DNA of 64,000 nucleotides from Spongospora subterranea f. sp. subterranea (taxonomy: Eukaryota). Within the stretch, counting starts at the first letter, position 1, and the number at the start of each line of letters is the position of its first letter. The notes beneath the pieces were generated by a model. That model made no database searches, was not told the DNA's origin, and saw nothing but the letters and a program-made list of their open reading frames with translations. The position numbers and the translations under genes were made by a program. The DNA lies in NCBI GenBank assembly GCA_049724395.1, contig JAUGWO010000102.1, forward strand, positions 186,001 through 250,000. The letters are read 5' to 3'. Shown piece by piece: positions 35,765 to 47,045 of this stretch.

Positions 35765-38296
35765 TCACACAATGTTCACAGCATTTCCTGACGCTTGGTT
35801 CTGTTGGGTAGTCTCGGGAACGTCTTGGTACTTGTCCTGGAACGCACGGTGTCCCAGGAATATTGCATTGATTGCCCTTCCCACAGGACTTTTTGGGCGA
35901 CGACGAGCAAAGCAGCAAACGCCCATTGTGGCGACCGCAATGGTTGCAACAACAGCGCCAGCAAGATAGACGCCAACACTGAGAGCGTCTTTTACGAGCA
36001 GATGCAGTTTCTGTTGACGGTTAGAGAAATTATTGTTTCTGGTGGCCATGGCAAGATAAGATCCAGCAGAGAAAGATACTAGTTCGGGATGGCGATACAC
36101 GTTAGGTGCAGCATTTAGCTTAGCGCAATTGTCGAATTTCTCACGATTGTCATTGTTGTCTTCGATAAGGTTCGCGCACGATGATAGAGTCTGGTTGGCG
36201 TAAGCCAAGAGCTTGGCATCTTTTTGACTAAACATTCGTATTCGAGATCCGGTTTGCGGAATGAGATGCGAATAATCGGGATTAGATGGATCTAAGTTGG
36301 AAGAGCGCACTTCAACTATATTGTGCCGATCAGTTTGATCAGCGCCTTCACCTGGTTCATGTTACTTAATAAGATTGCGATTTCAATTGCAACTTGTAAA
36401 CATTTTACCATCTTGGTTTGCTTGGTTAAAATCAGATCCGACCCATTGAATATCGACACAATCACGGCTCGTTAACTGAAGGAAACTGGGAACAAAGTCG
36501 TACTCAGTTGCAGCTGAAAATATAAACTCTGTTAGACCGCTGTAGGGCGCCAACACTATTTGGCGACGTCTTACGATAGGTCTGTACTATGTTTCCGCGT
36601 TTCCCGCGAACGTTGAGATTGACAACGTCGCCAGCGCAATCAGCTTCTTCCTCTCGAACTTCAAATACGAATGAACGATCTTGAAAAGTGCGACCAACTT
36701 GAGCGGTGTTCAACGCAAGTGCTAAATACACCTATAATTGGAGATTGTGAGGAATAACGTCGATTCTGGGCAAAAAAGGCGAAACTCCTGACATGATTCA
36801 TTCCATCCTTTTCAGTGGCCGAGTCCCATAACTTCACGTAAGGGTTATTGTATAAGGCAACTGGGCCATCCAAATTCAGATCATTACTGCAATGAGCACC
36901 CCCATTAACGCCTGTCAGTCCGGCCTTGCAATCCAATGACGAGGTTGTCATTTTGCTGTTCATCGCTTCACCATGTGACTCATACGTTGTTGCCGAAATG
37001 TTATAGCGAAACCGGAGAACAACCTGGGCATCATGTCGATTACTATCATCACTGCAAAACAACAACGGAGATGCTGACGCGTTGGCCCCGAAGCGATGGA
37101 GGAATAGTCCAGGTATAACTGGAAGTACCAGGTTGATTCTGATCGTCAAAAGATTGGCTCCCTGAGTTGCCAAGATGGTTGTCCCTCGTCGTTTCGTGTT
37201 CCACACAACGAGGGGCTGTAAGACCCAGGAGGGTACCTGAACCCATGTGCCTTGCAACTTCTGGCAAGCGACTTCAGTAATGGGGGCTAACGCAGTGGCT
37301 GTTGGTGGCAATTGACAATAGTATCGTTCTTTGATATTCTGACTCGCTTTCTGAGCGGTGGCGCACCACGATAGATTCGAGGTCATAATGGCCACGTCTT
37401 TCCACTCGCTATGGCGCCAATAAGGGTAATAATCTAAGAAATTTTCATTTCTATAATGCCCACATAAAACTGAGAATAGTAATACCTCGTTCTTCAGCGC
37501 ATTCAAGCCCATTTCGGTTCCCGTTCTGGTTCTGTCTTGTGAATCGTGCATTGGTTCCACCTAGAGCCCGATCTGCATGATACAACCCTTGATTCCTCTC
37601 TGTCATTGTGCATCGCTTGTAGCTCTCGCATGATTCATGGTATCCGAATTCCAGTCCTCGATGAGGTCCAACAGCGCCTCCATTGCAGAATGTGTTGAAG
37701 TTTTTCGCCCGTACATCAGAGTCTACAGCAGTTCCGAAATCTGGATCGTCTGCAGCAAACTGTTCATTTGACGCTCCCGGGAACGATGGCGGTAGCGGGA
37801 AGGTTCTCGTGCCGCGCGCGTTCTGTTTTGGATCGACGAACGTGGCTGCATTGTAGCCAGGAGCCCGTTCGGTCAGAGGACCAGTCGGATACCCGTCTCG
37901 AATCACATTATCAGCTGCTGGGCTGGACATGTACTGGATGATGAAATCGCATTGGGTATTGGAGTTGGGACCGCATCCGTGCTGAACGGTCCATTCAAGT
38001 CTGAGCTGCGATCCACTATAGAATATCAGAGGATCAGGGCGCCCTTGGAACTTCGGGTCCCCGGCCCAGGAATACCCACCGGCAGCATTGTTTTGAGAGT
38101 CGAACATGAGATTGTTATTGTCGCGATTATCGGCAGGTTCTCGATTACGGTTATTGCTTCCTCGAGGATTGTGCTTTTCATTCTAGTCAGCGCAAAGTCA
38201 TGACTGAGTCGTTTTGCGACATACCATGTAGATATCAGCATGAGCGCAAAACAGCAGATGTGAGAATATGAGGTTAACCCAGGGGCGCGACATCAT
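35765..38296 (-). CDS. DD3-3-like type I membrane protein (apparent 1-nt frameshift at ~37225)
   Basis: Signal peptide, then DIYM/HNPRGSNNRNRE..MFDSQNNAAGGY, EWTVQHGCG, ECAEER/DYYPYW, RDNHLGN, LRFRYNIS, GRTFQDRS, NLNVRGKRGNIVQTY, TRNNNFSNRQQK, and a C-terminal TM helix. Confidence 0.85.
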
Positions 38297-39275
38297 AATA
38301 AAATATGCTTGATGACTGAATGAACTAAATGAATGAATGAGCACATTAAGAAGATCGGTTGACATGCACACGCTATTACAGCTGGCTTGGGCACGGGGTC
38401 TTAAAAAAAGATCCAAGTTCACACTCCGAATATCCTGAAAAATCTAACGTGCCAAACAGACACAGATATCTTGAAATCACTTGTATATGTCCAAAAGCAG
38501 ACGCAATCATTAAGCGTGCATCTCAATGATAAAGCAGATATTTGAAAAAGCGATTTGAAAGAAGCGAAATGTTAATTGACAGATGCTAGTTTGAATGTCA
38601 TATAAAAAAGTCATGCTGCATTAAAAAAAAGCTTTCTCGCGTACACGCTTGGTTGTTATGGCTACAATGTACCAACTAGGAACAATGGGAAATTGGACTG
38701 GAATCGATACTTTAGGATGAGCTGAGCCGCCTACTACGCTATAATAACATGTAGGAGTGTCCAATATTTTGTCCATATGATACGGGTATTTCAGCAGACT
38801 CTAAGAAAGTAAAAGTAAGGGAGGTTTCTCGCTAAAGTCGCTGAAACCTTATAAACAGGCTTTCACGCTGATTCCAAACGGAGGTGAGGATGACCCAGGG
38901 TATTCGGCCGGTGCATGTCTTCAGTCCAATTACAGAATCTATCCTTGAATTCAAATAAAGATCTACATAGTCAACAACCTCGCCAGGACGTTTTCCATTA
39001 TGTATTTGATAAATTAGGGAATTTCGAATTTAAAAAACAGACTCGTTACCAATGGGGGGTCCTAGGAGTGGACTCCACTGCATTCTTATCATTCATCAGT
39101 CATCTGCATTCCGAATAAACGTCACATGAGTTCATGACTCATGAGTCATGACTCTGTTCAGTGCTGCAGCTGCTGCACCACGGGCCACGGCGATACATAG
39201 ATATATACCCTTTTGAGGTTTTGGTTAATCATATTTCACCCTGGGCTGATGACCACGCTTCAACGGTCAGTCGCA

Positions 39276-39740
39276 ATGAGGTTGACCTTATTAAACAGGG
39301 CGGTGAAATATCGATCCATGTTCACTGGTTCGACGATCGATGCAGAATCGGTTGTAGTAAAGACTGGTCTATCGTGCCGTCAAAAACGGGAGGAAAGGTA
39401 TCAAAGGCCTGAGAGTACAACGAATGCCCTTCTAAAGGTACTTGATGAGCAAACACATTTACCTTCAGTTGCTGAGAATGTATCATAGGTTGTCAACGAC
39501 AATGCCCCTGTAACACTTCAAAGGCTTATGCAGGCAGTGCACGCAGTCCAAAAACAAGATGAACTAACACCATTGTCACGAGTAACAAGTGGGAAAAAAC
39601 TGAAAATGTATCTTGGAACCCTCAAGAAAAGAAAACAAGTTTATTCACTACCAGCAGCTGCCAACTCCGTCGACAAGCACTTCGTTTTTCACACAGGCAT
39701 GGGATACCGCACAAATAAGCCAGAACCTACAAAAGCGTAA
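39276..39740 (+). CDS. Small basic hypothetical protein, possibly mitochondrial (2 exons)
   Basis: MRLTLLNRAVKYRSMF..NALLK spliced (gtactt...tatcatag) in frame to VVNDNAPVTLQRLMQAV..KKLKMYLGTLKKRKQV..PTKA*. Confidence 0.55.
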
Positions 39741-39944
39741 CATGGTCGTTTTTGTGACGAATAAAGTGATTTATATGCAATGTTCTCGTTATTAATAGTA
39801 ACAGACTTGGAAAAGATGTGAACCGTGTCATTTTTAGGTGTTAATCTCAAATACAAGAACAAGGATAATAATCAATTCGAAGTTCTTACAACAACCGTTT
39901 TTTACTTGTTCGCCCATTTTGGTTTGGGAGGAAGTTTTTGTTGA

Positions 39945-40025
39945 TAAAACCAGTTGAATGGGATTCGAACCCTCTGTAGGATAGGCCCAGGAGGCAAGGC
40001 ACCCTACCATTCCAGTATCCCCGGA
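39945..40025 (-). ncRNA. Candidate Pol III structured RNA or tRNA-derived element
   Basis: Perfect B-box/T-loop GGGTTCGAATCCC (39960-39972), hairpin GTAGGGT...ATCCTAC, closing GAATG/CATTC and a downstream TTTT. It does not form a canonical cloverleaf. Confidence 0.35.
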
Positions 40026-40163
40026 GCAAAACCGTGGTCTGTTGTATGTACATACATTGCAGTGTATCAAATGTACAGTGGAGCACAGACTTCAGCAACT
40101 CAAGTCTCAACCTGCTTCATTCGACTTACCAATTTGCACACGATATTCTTCGGCAATTTGAAA

Positions 40164-40609
40164 ATGATTAAAGTGATGCGTCGTCCCATGAGGTCTTTGC
40201 AGTCCCGTTGCTTTTCGCCTGCAGCAGTTGGAGTATCCAGTCGAGGTATGCTGAATTTGAATCATGCTCTGGCACATGCTCTAACCAATTGGTAGTATCA
40301 TATCATTCGGCTCATGCATTGCATGCCTCCAGTGGTGTTCTTGCCGTTTTAGTTCCTGTGGCTGTTGCTGTTAGCCCATCCTTTTTGAGTCTTCCTGTAG
40401 ATTTGGCTCTCGCATTTACACTTCCTGTTCATTCCGCTGTCGCGGTCAAATGCGTCATTGAAGACTACTTGCCGCGACCAGTTCAGAAAATTTCCACAGC
40501 GTTATGGTTTGCATTATGTGGCGTTTCTGTTGCAGGACTTGTAAAAATGTCGGTTTCCGGGCCTGGAATTACAGAGACCGTAAAAGAGCTTTGGCGTGAC
40601 CTCAAATAA
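40164..40609 (+). CDS. SDH4: Succinate dehydrogenase cytochrome b small subunit (CybS/SDHD)
   Basis: Arg-rich presequence MIKVMRRPMRSLQSRCF. Core VDLALAFTLPVHSAVAVKCVIEDYLP and C-terminal GPGITETVKELW. Confidence 0.85.
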
Positions 40610-40675
40610 ACCAGAGTTCTAGTTGAGCACGATAATTTTCACAGAAAAATGAACGAAACTGACTGATACAATGGT

Positions 40676-42076
40676 TTATATTTTATCTTCAACAGCTTCC
40701 TCCTCTGAAGATAAAAAAAAAGGATGATTTAATGCTTCCAGGGCCGTAAGCCTCTCGTCGCGCTCAAATCGAAGCATTTTTGAAACTAAATCACAGAATA
40801 AAGGATCTGGAACGAGTTCTCCTAAAGCTGGATATGATTTGACGTGATTAACGCTTGATGGACTTGACGCATTCTCAGGCCAGCGAAGACGCTTCTGCGA
40901 CACGCTAAATAGATCGATAGCGCGAGATTCGCTGGATCGCCTCGAACGACGCGACCTCGGTTTGTTGTCTTTGGAAACCCCTCCTCCAGCCTCGTTCCGG
41001 TAAGGCTCCAGAGCTCGACTCACGAGTGAAGTTGAAAAGGGTTGTTGAAGGACATGCTCCATTAAGGCTAAGTGTTCCAAATCTTCGTGCGTATTAAACA
41101 AGAGTTCCCCGGTTAAAAGCTCAACAAAAATGCATCCAAGCGACCAGATATCAGATGGATATGACCAAGGCAAACCGAGAATAACTTCAGGAGCTCGATA
41201 TTGTCTTGTTGCAATAGTTCGAGAATGTCGTTCGTTTTCAAAAGTTGCCCCACCAAAATCAATAAGCCGTATATCCGTTGATACCGGGATGCGCCTGCTG
41301 CTTACTTGACAAACAGTATAATCGCTGGAACACAAAAGTACGTTCTCAGGCTGGAAAAGAGTCAATTACGGAACATAGAAAATCAATAAAGCCCACCTTA
41401 AGATCAGTATGACATAGCTTGACAGAATGACAGAATTGAACAGCTTGTAACAGCTGTCTGGCGAATGACCTGACATGATCAAGAGAAAACCCGTGGTGAC
41501 CATTTCGCTTCATAAATGTATAAAGATCTCGCCCAAGATACTCAAATACTAAGAAAACATGTTCTCTATGATGATGCCTGGCAGAAAACCACGATAGCAG
41601 TCGCACGCAAAGGCTCTTGTTATGGGTGTCTTTGGCAGAAAGAAATTGAAGGATTTCAATTTCAATGGAGGCTGCGTCAAGATATCTTTCCACCGATCTG
41701 ACCGCTTTTACTGCAACTCTTTCCATGCCATGCTCATGATCAAGACATTCCAAAACGGTGCCAAATGTACCTTGACCGGCAACACAAACGATTTCATCTG
41801 TAGAGACTTAGTTGACAATAAAACTAACTGAATGAAAGTCTTACATCTGTTGTCTATTTTTTCCCCTTTTCTGAAATCAATTAACCCTTTCTTATCTTCT
41901 TGCGACTCTGATGATGAGGTTTTGGAGCGACGTCTTCTTCGGTGCCGGCGTCCTTTGTATTCCGATTCGTGACGAAATCTGCTAAATTGACCTGTATTTA
42001 GGTGATCCTCATGGGACCTATCTAGACTACGCCGATGTCGGCGCGAGCGATGGTGATGCCGATGATACCGTTCCAT
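40676..42076 (-). CDS. CLK/LAMMER dual-specificity kinase
   Basis: Arg/Ser/His-rich N-terminus; GTFG, VAVK, HTDLK/PEN, LIDFGGA, TRQYRAPEVILG, EHLALME. Confidence 0.92.
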
Positions 42077-42751
42077 CAGCAACACCTTCTAGGAGTCAGT
42101 TACAGATGTTAAGAGCCACTGAAAGCACCAAGGCCTCCAACAACCAGTAACCCTACAGCATCCACGGACAAACCCCAAAGCAGGCGAGGCGGCGAGGGTT
42201 CAGTTGTCGGCGACAGCCCCTGTTCCGTCTGGAGTCTCGATGGGCGCTGCCAGCACCTTAATCTGGTATTTCTTGACAAAGTAAAGTGATGCGATAAGGA
42301 CCCCGCAGTGACATAGCATCATCGGAAAGAAACGGAGGAGTCAGCACCTGATAACTTGGGACAGCAAATACCAAATTCTTCAGCCACATTGTGCTGTGTC
42401 GTCTGAGTTGACGCTATATTAGAGCATATGTTGAAAATTCTGTGGTATATAAACGTTGCAATTGTTGAGTTGGGGATGGTGAAATCAAACTGTCTCGCGG
42501 TGAGAATGCTGTGGCTCGCTTCGTGTGACATTTGGCGGCATGCATCTTCCTCTTGTAGTCTTGTTCAAATCAGACTTACAGCGAGGCCAATACCCACCAA
42601 GTGCTATGTAACGAGAGATCACGCACAGTCCAGCACAGCGCGCGACCCACACTAATCAACTTAACGTAAACAATGCACATTGGAAAAGGCACATAAAAGC
42701 GGCATAGATTCCTGTAGATCGCCAAAGCGAGAGGCCATTGGTTTTGTGCTC

Positions 42752-43990
42752 ATGCATAGAACGCGACGATCATGTACATTGGATCAAAACGCTGGCACTC
42801 CGCCCAGCAAGGATCTATGTGAAGATGACTCCGAGACATCGGTCGAACCTTGTGAATCGCCGGCGGTCTCCATAGATAATGAAGCTTTACAAATAGCTGA
42901 CGCTAGCCGGCATCTGCTTTCCGAAGCGACTGTCCTATCGTCAGCATCAATCGAACAAATGCAATCTGCTATTCTTGCAAGAGCGGTGAACGACCTAAGT
43001 GAACGGGTTATGTACGGAATTCAACAAGCTCGTACGTGTCAGGCACCAATGATCTGCTGGTGCTGCAATACCATCACACCACCACCGGAAACTCCCCTTC
43101 CAGCAGGCTCCTCTTTACCTGTTTTCGTCGTATCTGCGGTGCCGGAATGGCTAGTACCTGCCTTACATTGCGGAAATGTGCAGTGTACGGGAAGGCAACT
43201 TGGTTTACAAGCCAGGCCCAAATATGGTGAAGGGATCTCCTATCAAAACGCTGGTTTGCTTATTGGACTGCACGTGCGCGGAAGGTGGCACCCCATAAGT
43301 TGGTTTTTGACGCAATCGCTTGACAATCAAGAATCTATATCCGAGGTTAATCCTGGTTTGACTCTTCAACGCGTTACGTTAGCCATCTTATTCCGCGTCT
43401 TAAAACCGTTTGACGATTATAGTAATGAAGTCACACATCAATTGAATCGCTCAGAAAGCGCCGGTCTACCAGGAAACGAAGAAAACGAGGACTCGGAAAA
43501 TCGTGATCGCCGCTTAGGTCCGCAGGTGAATCAACAGCCATTAAAAAAACCCAAGCTCTACCAATTCGAGGAATCAAGGCGGGTTATTCCGTCAGAAGAA
43601 CTTGATGGAAATGCACGCTTGCTGTGGGCCGAATCTGTGGCCATCGGTTTCTATACTTACTCAGTTAAAATTGACTCTAAGTATGGAATTTACGCAATGC
43701 TGAATGGTATCTATGTTCGTCAATCGTATAGAAGAAAAGGCTTCGCTCGAAGCGCTATTCAGGATTTCTTCAGGACGGTTGCCCCTTCCATCTGCCGTAG
43801 AAAATCATCGGATCTGCCAGTAACAATGGCGCTTCAAGCACCTGTTACTAAACTCCTCCTATCAGTCATGGTTGCAAGCTTGGATAAAAGTGAGCTATCG
43901 AATATCAAGTGTGTTCATGCAAATTGCCCGTTGTCGCAATCTGTTAGCGTCAAAAGCTGGGCGTACATGGACAAATGGTATGAACCATAA
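42752..43990 (+). CDS. Intronless FAM169A/SLAP75-like protein with a GNAT-like fold
   Basis: GLHVRGRWHPI, TLQRVTLAILFRVL, ARLLWAESVAIGFYT, LNGIYVRQSYRRKGFA..IQDF, ALQAPVT are collinear with FAM169 blocks. Acetyl-CoA motif A RxxGxA. The start codon is uncertain. Confidence 0.6.
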   Translation: MHRTRRSCTLDQNAGTPPSKDLCEDDSETSVEPCESPAVSIDNEALQIADASRHLLSEATVLSSASIEQMQSAILARAVNDLSERVMYGIQQARTCQAPMICWCCNTITPPPETPLPAGSSLPVFVVSAVPEWLVPALHCGNVQCTGRQLGLQARPKYGEGISYQNAGLLIGLHVRGRWHPISWFLTQSLDNQESISEVNPGLTLQRVTLAILFRVLKPFDDYSNEVTHQLNRSESAGLPGNEENEDSENRDRRLGPQVNQQPLKKPKLYQFEESRRVIPSEELDGNARLLWAESVAIGFYTYSVKIDSKYGIYAMLNGIYVRQSYRRKGFARSAIQDFFRTVAPSICRRKSSDLPVTMALQAPVTKLLLSVMVASLDKSELSNIKCVHANCPLSQSVSVKSWAYMDKWYEP

Positions 43991-44389
43991 CTTCTTTATT
44001 GATAATGATTTCTAACCTTCAGACAGCATTGCACTTGACTCTTCCGAACGAATTAATGGAAAAAAGAACCTGGACAAAGCGGTGCGACTTTTTCCTGACG
44101 ATATTCCGAAGGTGGTTGAAGGCTGGTGAATTATGAACTATTTTCAAAACTTAATACATTATTATAACATCGTGAAATGGCTCTGTGGAATTCTGCCGTT
44201 TGCCCCTAAAAAAATGTGGTGGCCATGTCAATCTGAAAGGTGGTGCCCAGTCTTTGAGTGCGCTTTAATCAGAAACAGTCGTAACAGTAACGAAGTGAGG
44301 GCGTGCCCGTCGAGTCACAGTCATAATCCCGACTCCTCTTGATAATCATTCGTTCAGCACCAATCTGCTTATCAATTCGACGAATCCAA

Positions 44390-46911
44390 ATGGATGCGTC
44401 GCTTCTCAATCGAAAAGGATCACATGTTGGAACCCAGGCTGCAACCATCGACATATCCACAGAGGCCCGGCTGCCATTGGAAAGCGAAGTATGTCAGCTA
44501 TCATCGTCCCAGATACGTCGGTTGATGTGGCCACTAGGAACGATCCAGGGTTCAGTATATGCTGCAAATGAGTATGCGGAATATAGCAAGCCGGGCACGA
44601 ATAAATGATATTGTTGCTGTTAGCAACCCGCATCTTAACCTCCGTTTCCAAAAGAGAACTAATGGACTCAGCATGATCGAATCGTGGATTGATGCTTCCA
44701 TGCTGGATTCACAAAACAATTTGACTAGCGTCATTAACAAAGGGTTCACGATCAGCTCAAAAGGTTTAATTTTCACACATGGCTCCATTGAGCTGCCTCG
44801 AGGAAGTGAATCGAAGAGAAGCCATCAGCTGATTCTTTGTCAGGTGAAGTGCTTCCTAAAAATAGTTCGTAGCTCATCCGAGAATTTAGGTCGGAGTTGG
44901 CAATTCGTTTTGTATTGAGGAGTCGGTTGTCTACCAGCAACTGGAAAAGGGGAAAGAGATCGAAATCCCTGAAGGATATGACAGCGTCTATATTCATCCA
45001 GGATCGCTGGAGGCGGAGGCTGGAGAGCATCCAGGTTCGCACTGAACTGTCTTTGCCATGCGATTATAATATTGCATCCAGGAAAAGCGGCAAATATTGT
45101 TCAGCAACGATTTTTACTTCGCGATCCAGACCTTATCCTGCCTACTTATGTACTTTCGTGTGAAATACAGGCATATCCGGATCGTGCAGTGAGTCGATCA
45201 GACTTTTGTATATTTACGTCTTGTTCCAAATTCGCTTTATAGGCTGAGCTCTGCAACGCTTGTGAGACATCGGCCGCAGTTATATTTTGCCATGCAGACA
45301 ACGCTAGGTATGAAGAGCCTCGTTATAGTTATGACCCTGACTTAAACATTCACATTGTCTAGCTTATGCGAAAGATGCGACCGGTCGATGCACACATCGA
45401 ATAAACTGCTAAGTAAGCACAAGCGCGTACCTATCGCTGAGGTAACCCGTTGGCTTACCAATATCTTCTTTCCTATGACAACCGTTGTAGAAACCAATCA
45501 TAGATTTCGGAAGTTGTGTATATCATCCGGAAAACAGTGTCGCATACTACTGCCATTTATGCCAGGTAATGAATGAGGAAGCGCATTATCGGGTTTTGAA
45601 ATTTCAACTGCCACATCAAGGTCCCTGTATGTATTTCCTGCAAAATGGTAGGAAGCCATTCTTCAGGAGATGCTAGCACACACAAATTGAACGCGATTCG
45701 AGAAGCATATGAGCTTTCGCTAATGGCTTCGCGCAAAAATGATCCCTTTCTCGCAGAAAGGAAGGTCCAGCATTTCAATTCCAATTAACCGATGATGGCC
45801 TAATTCATTTAATTAGGAACAAATTGCAAAGGATTTAGCAGCGGTGGACAAGCGGCTGCAAATGATCAATCTTAACGTAAAGGAAACGGAAGCCGAAATC
45901 TTGCGCAGAATGGAGCACGCACTTGAGACGTTGAAATCCTTGGCCAAGCAGAAGGTTTTGAAGCCAGATTCACTTGCATCCTCCATTTAATGTACTTACA
46001 GGTAAGTATAATTTTATCGGAGAGTGTCGACCTTAGAGGCCAACAATTTCGTATTAATTGGCTAGAAGAATTCCTCAAGGATCAGCAAAGAAACCTCGGT
46101 CCCGTAGAGGTAAACCAGCATCGTTGAACGGAACATCTTTAACTTCATACAACAGTTTCTGGAAGCCTGGTCGCGCCATGTAAAATATAGGACAGAACTG
46201 CATTCTCCTCCATGTCATTCGGTAGGTAGATAACTTCTGTCTATAAGGCTTCCATTGATAAATTTGCGATAAGGGTGTACACCGAAGCAAATCTGTTCAT
46301 CCTGATCTTGTTCTTCAAGGGTCAATCTCGGTAGTTTCCAAAGTTGACAAAGATCTCGATGAAGATGAAGATGAGCGAGAATTAGTCCATACTCGCACAA
46401 CAGAGCTTTACGACAGCGAAATATTACGTTCTGAGAAATCCATCAGAAATGATTTCGTTCGGGAACTTGAAACTAATCAACCATCACCCAGGGCACCCAG
46501 CCCGACGAATTCTATCAGCTCAATATATTCTGTAGCTCAAAGTCTTGCCCACTCTGTTTCGAGTGGAATTGCCGCTCCTGGCGGCAGATCGCTCAAGGTA
46601 TATACAGTTGTTTTACATACTCAACTGCTGAAGAAATGCAGGAATTAATCGCCGTTTATGAATCTGGCCAGCAAGTCACACGTCAAAATTTGGATAAAGC
46701 TTCACGTAGGAGCAGTGTAGAGCGACGTAGTTCCGTAAATTTCAAATCTCCTGAAGAGATGATAGCCGATCGCATGCGAACCCCATCCTGTGCTCGAATT
46801 GGCATCAGACGGGACACATCGCCTTCAACCGCCAGCATCGGCTCACTCAGCAAAATATCTGCAAGTAAAGGATGGATTGATATCTGGAACCGCACGTCTA
46901 ACCATGTCTAA
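44390..46911 (+). CDS. Protein with a degenerate PARP/ART-like N-domain, two B-box zinc fingers and a coiled coil
   Basis: LILCQ/VGVGNS..IPEGYDSVYI..LILPTYVL. B-box1 CNACETSAAVIFCHADNA/SLCERCDRSMH..H. B-box2 CVYH..YYCHLCQ/VPVCISCKMVGSH. Confidence 0.75.
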
Positions 46912-47045
46912 ATACAAAGCATATAATAAATGACAGTTATATATACACGATATTTCTAGAAAATTCAGACACAAACATTGAAACGATTTGAATGCTTGTA
47001 AGCATAGAAAACTCGACGGTGCACGGCTGGATAAATATTATTTAT

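Noticed and set aside
39945..40025. Canonical tRNA gene
   Set aside because: The acceptor, D and anticodon stems cannot be formed; kept only as an ncRNA candidate.
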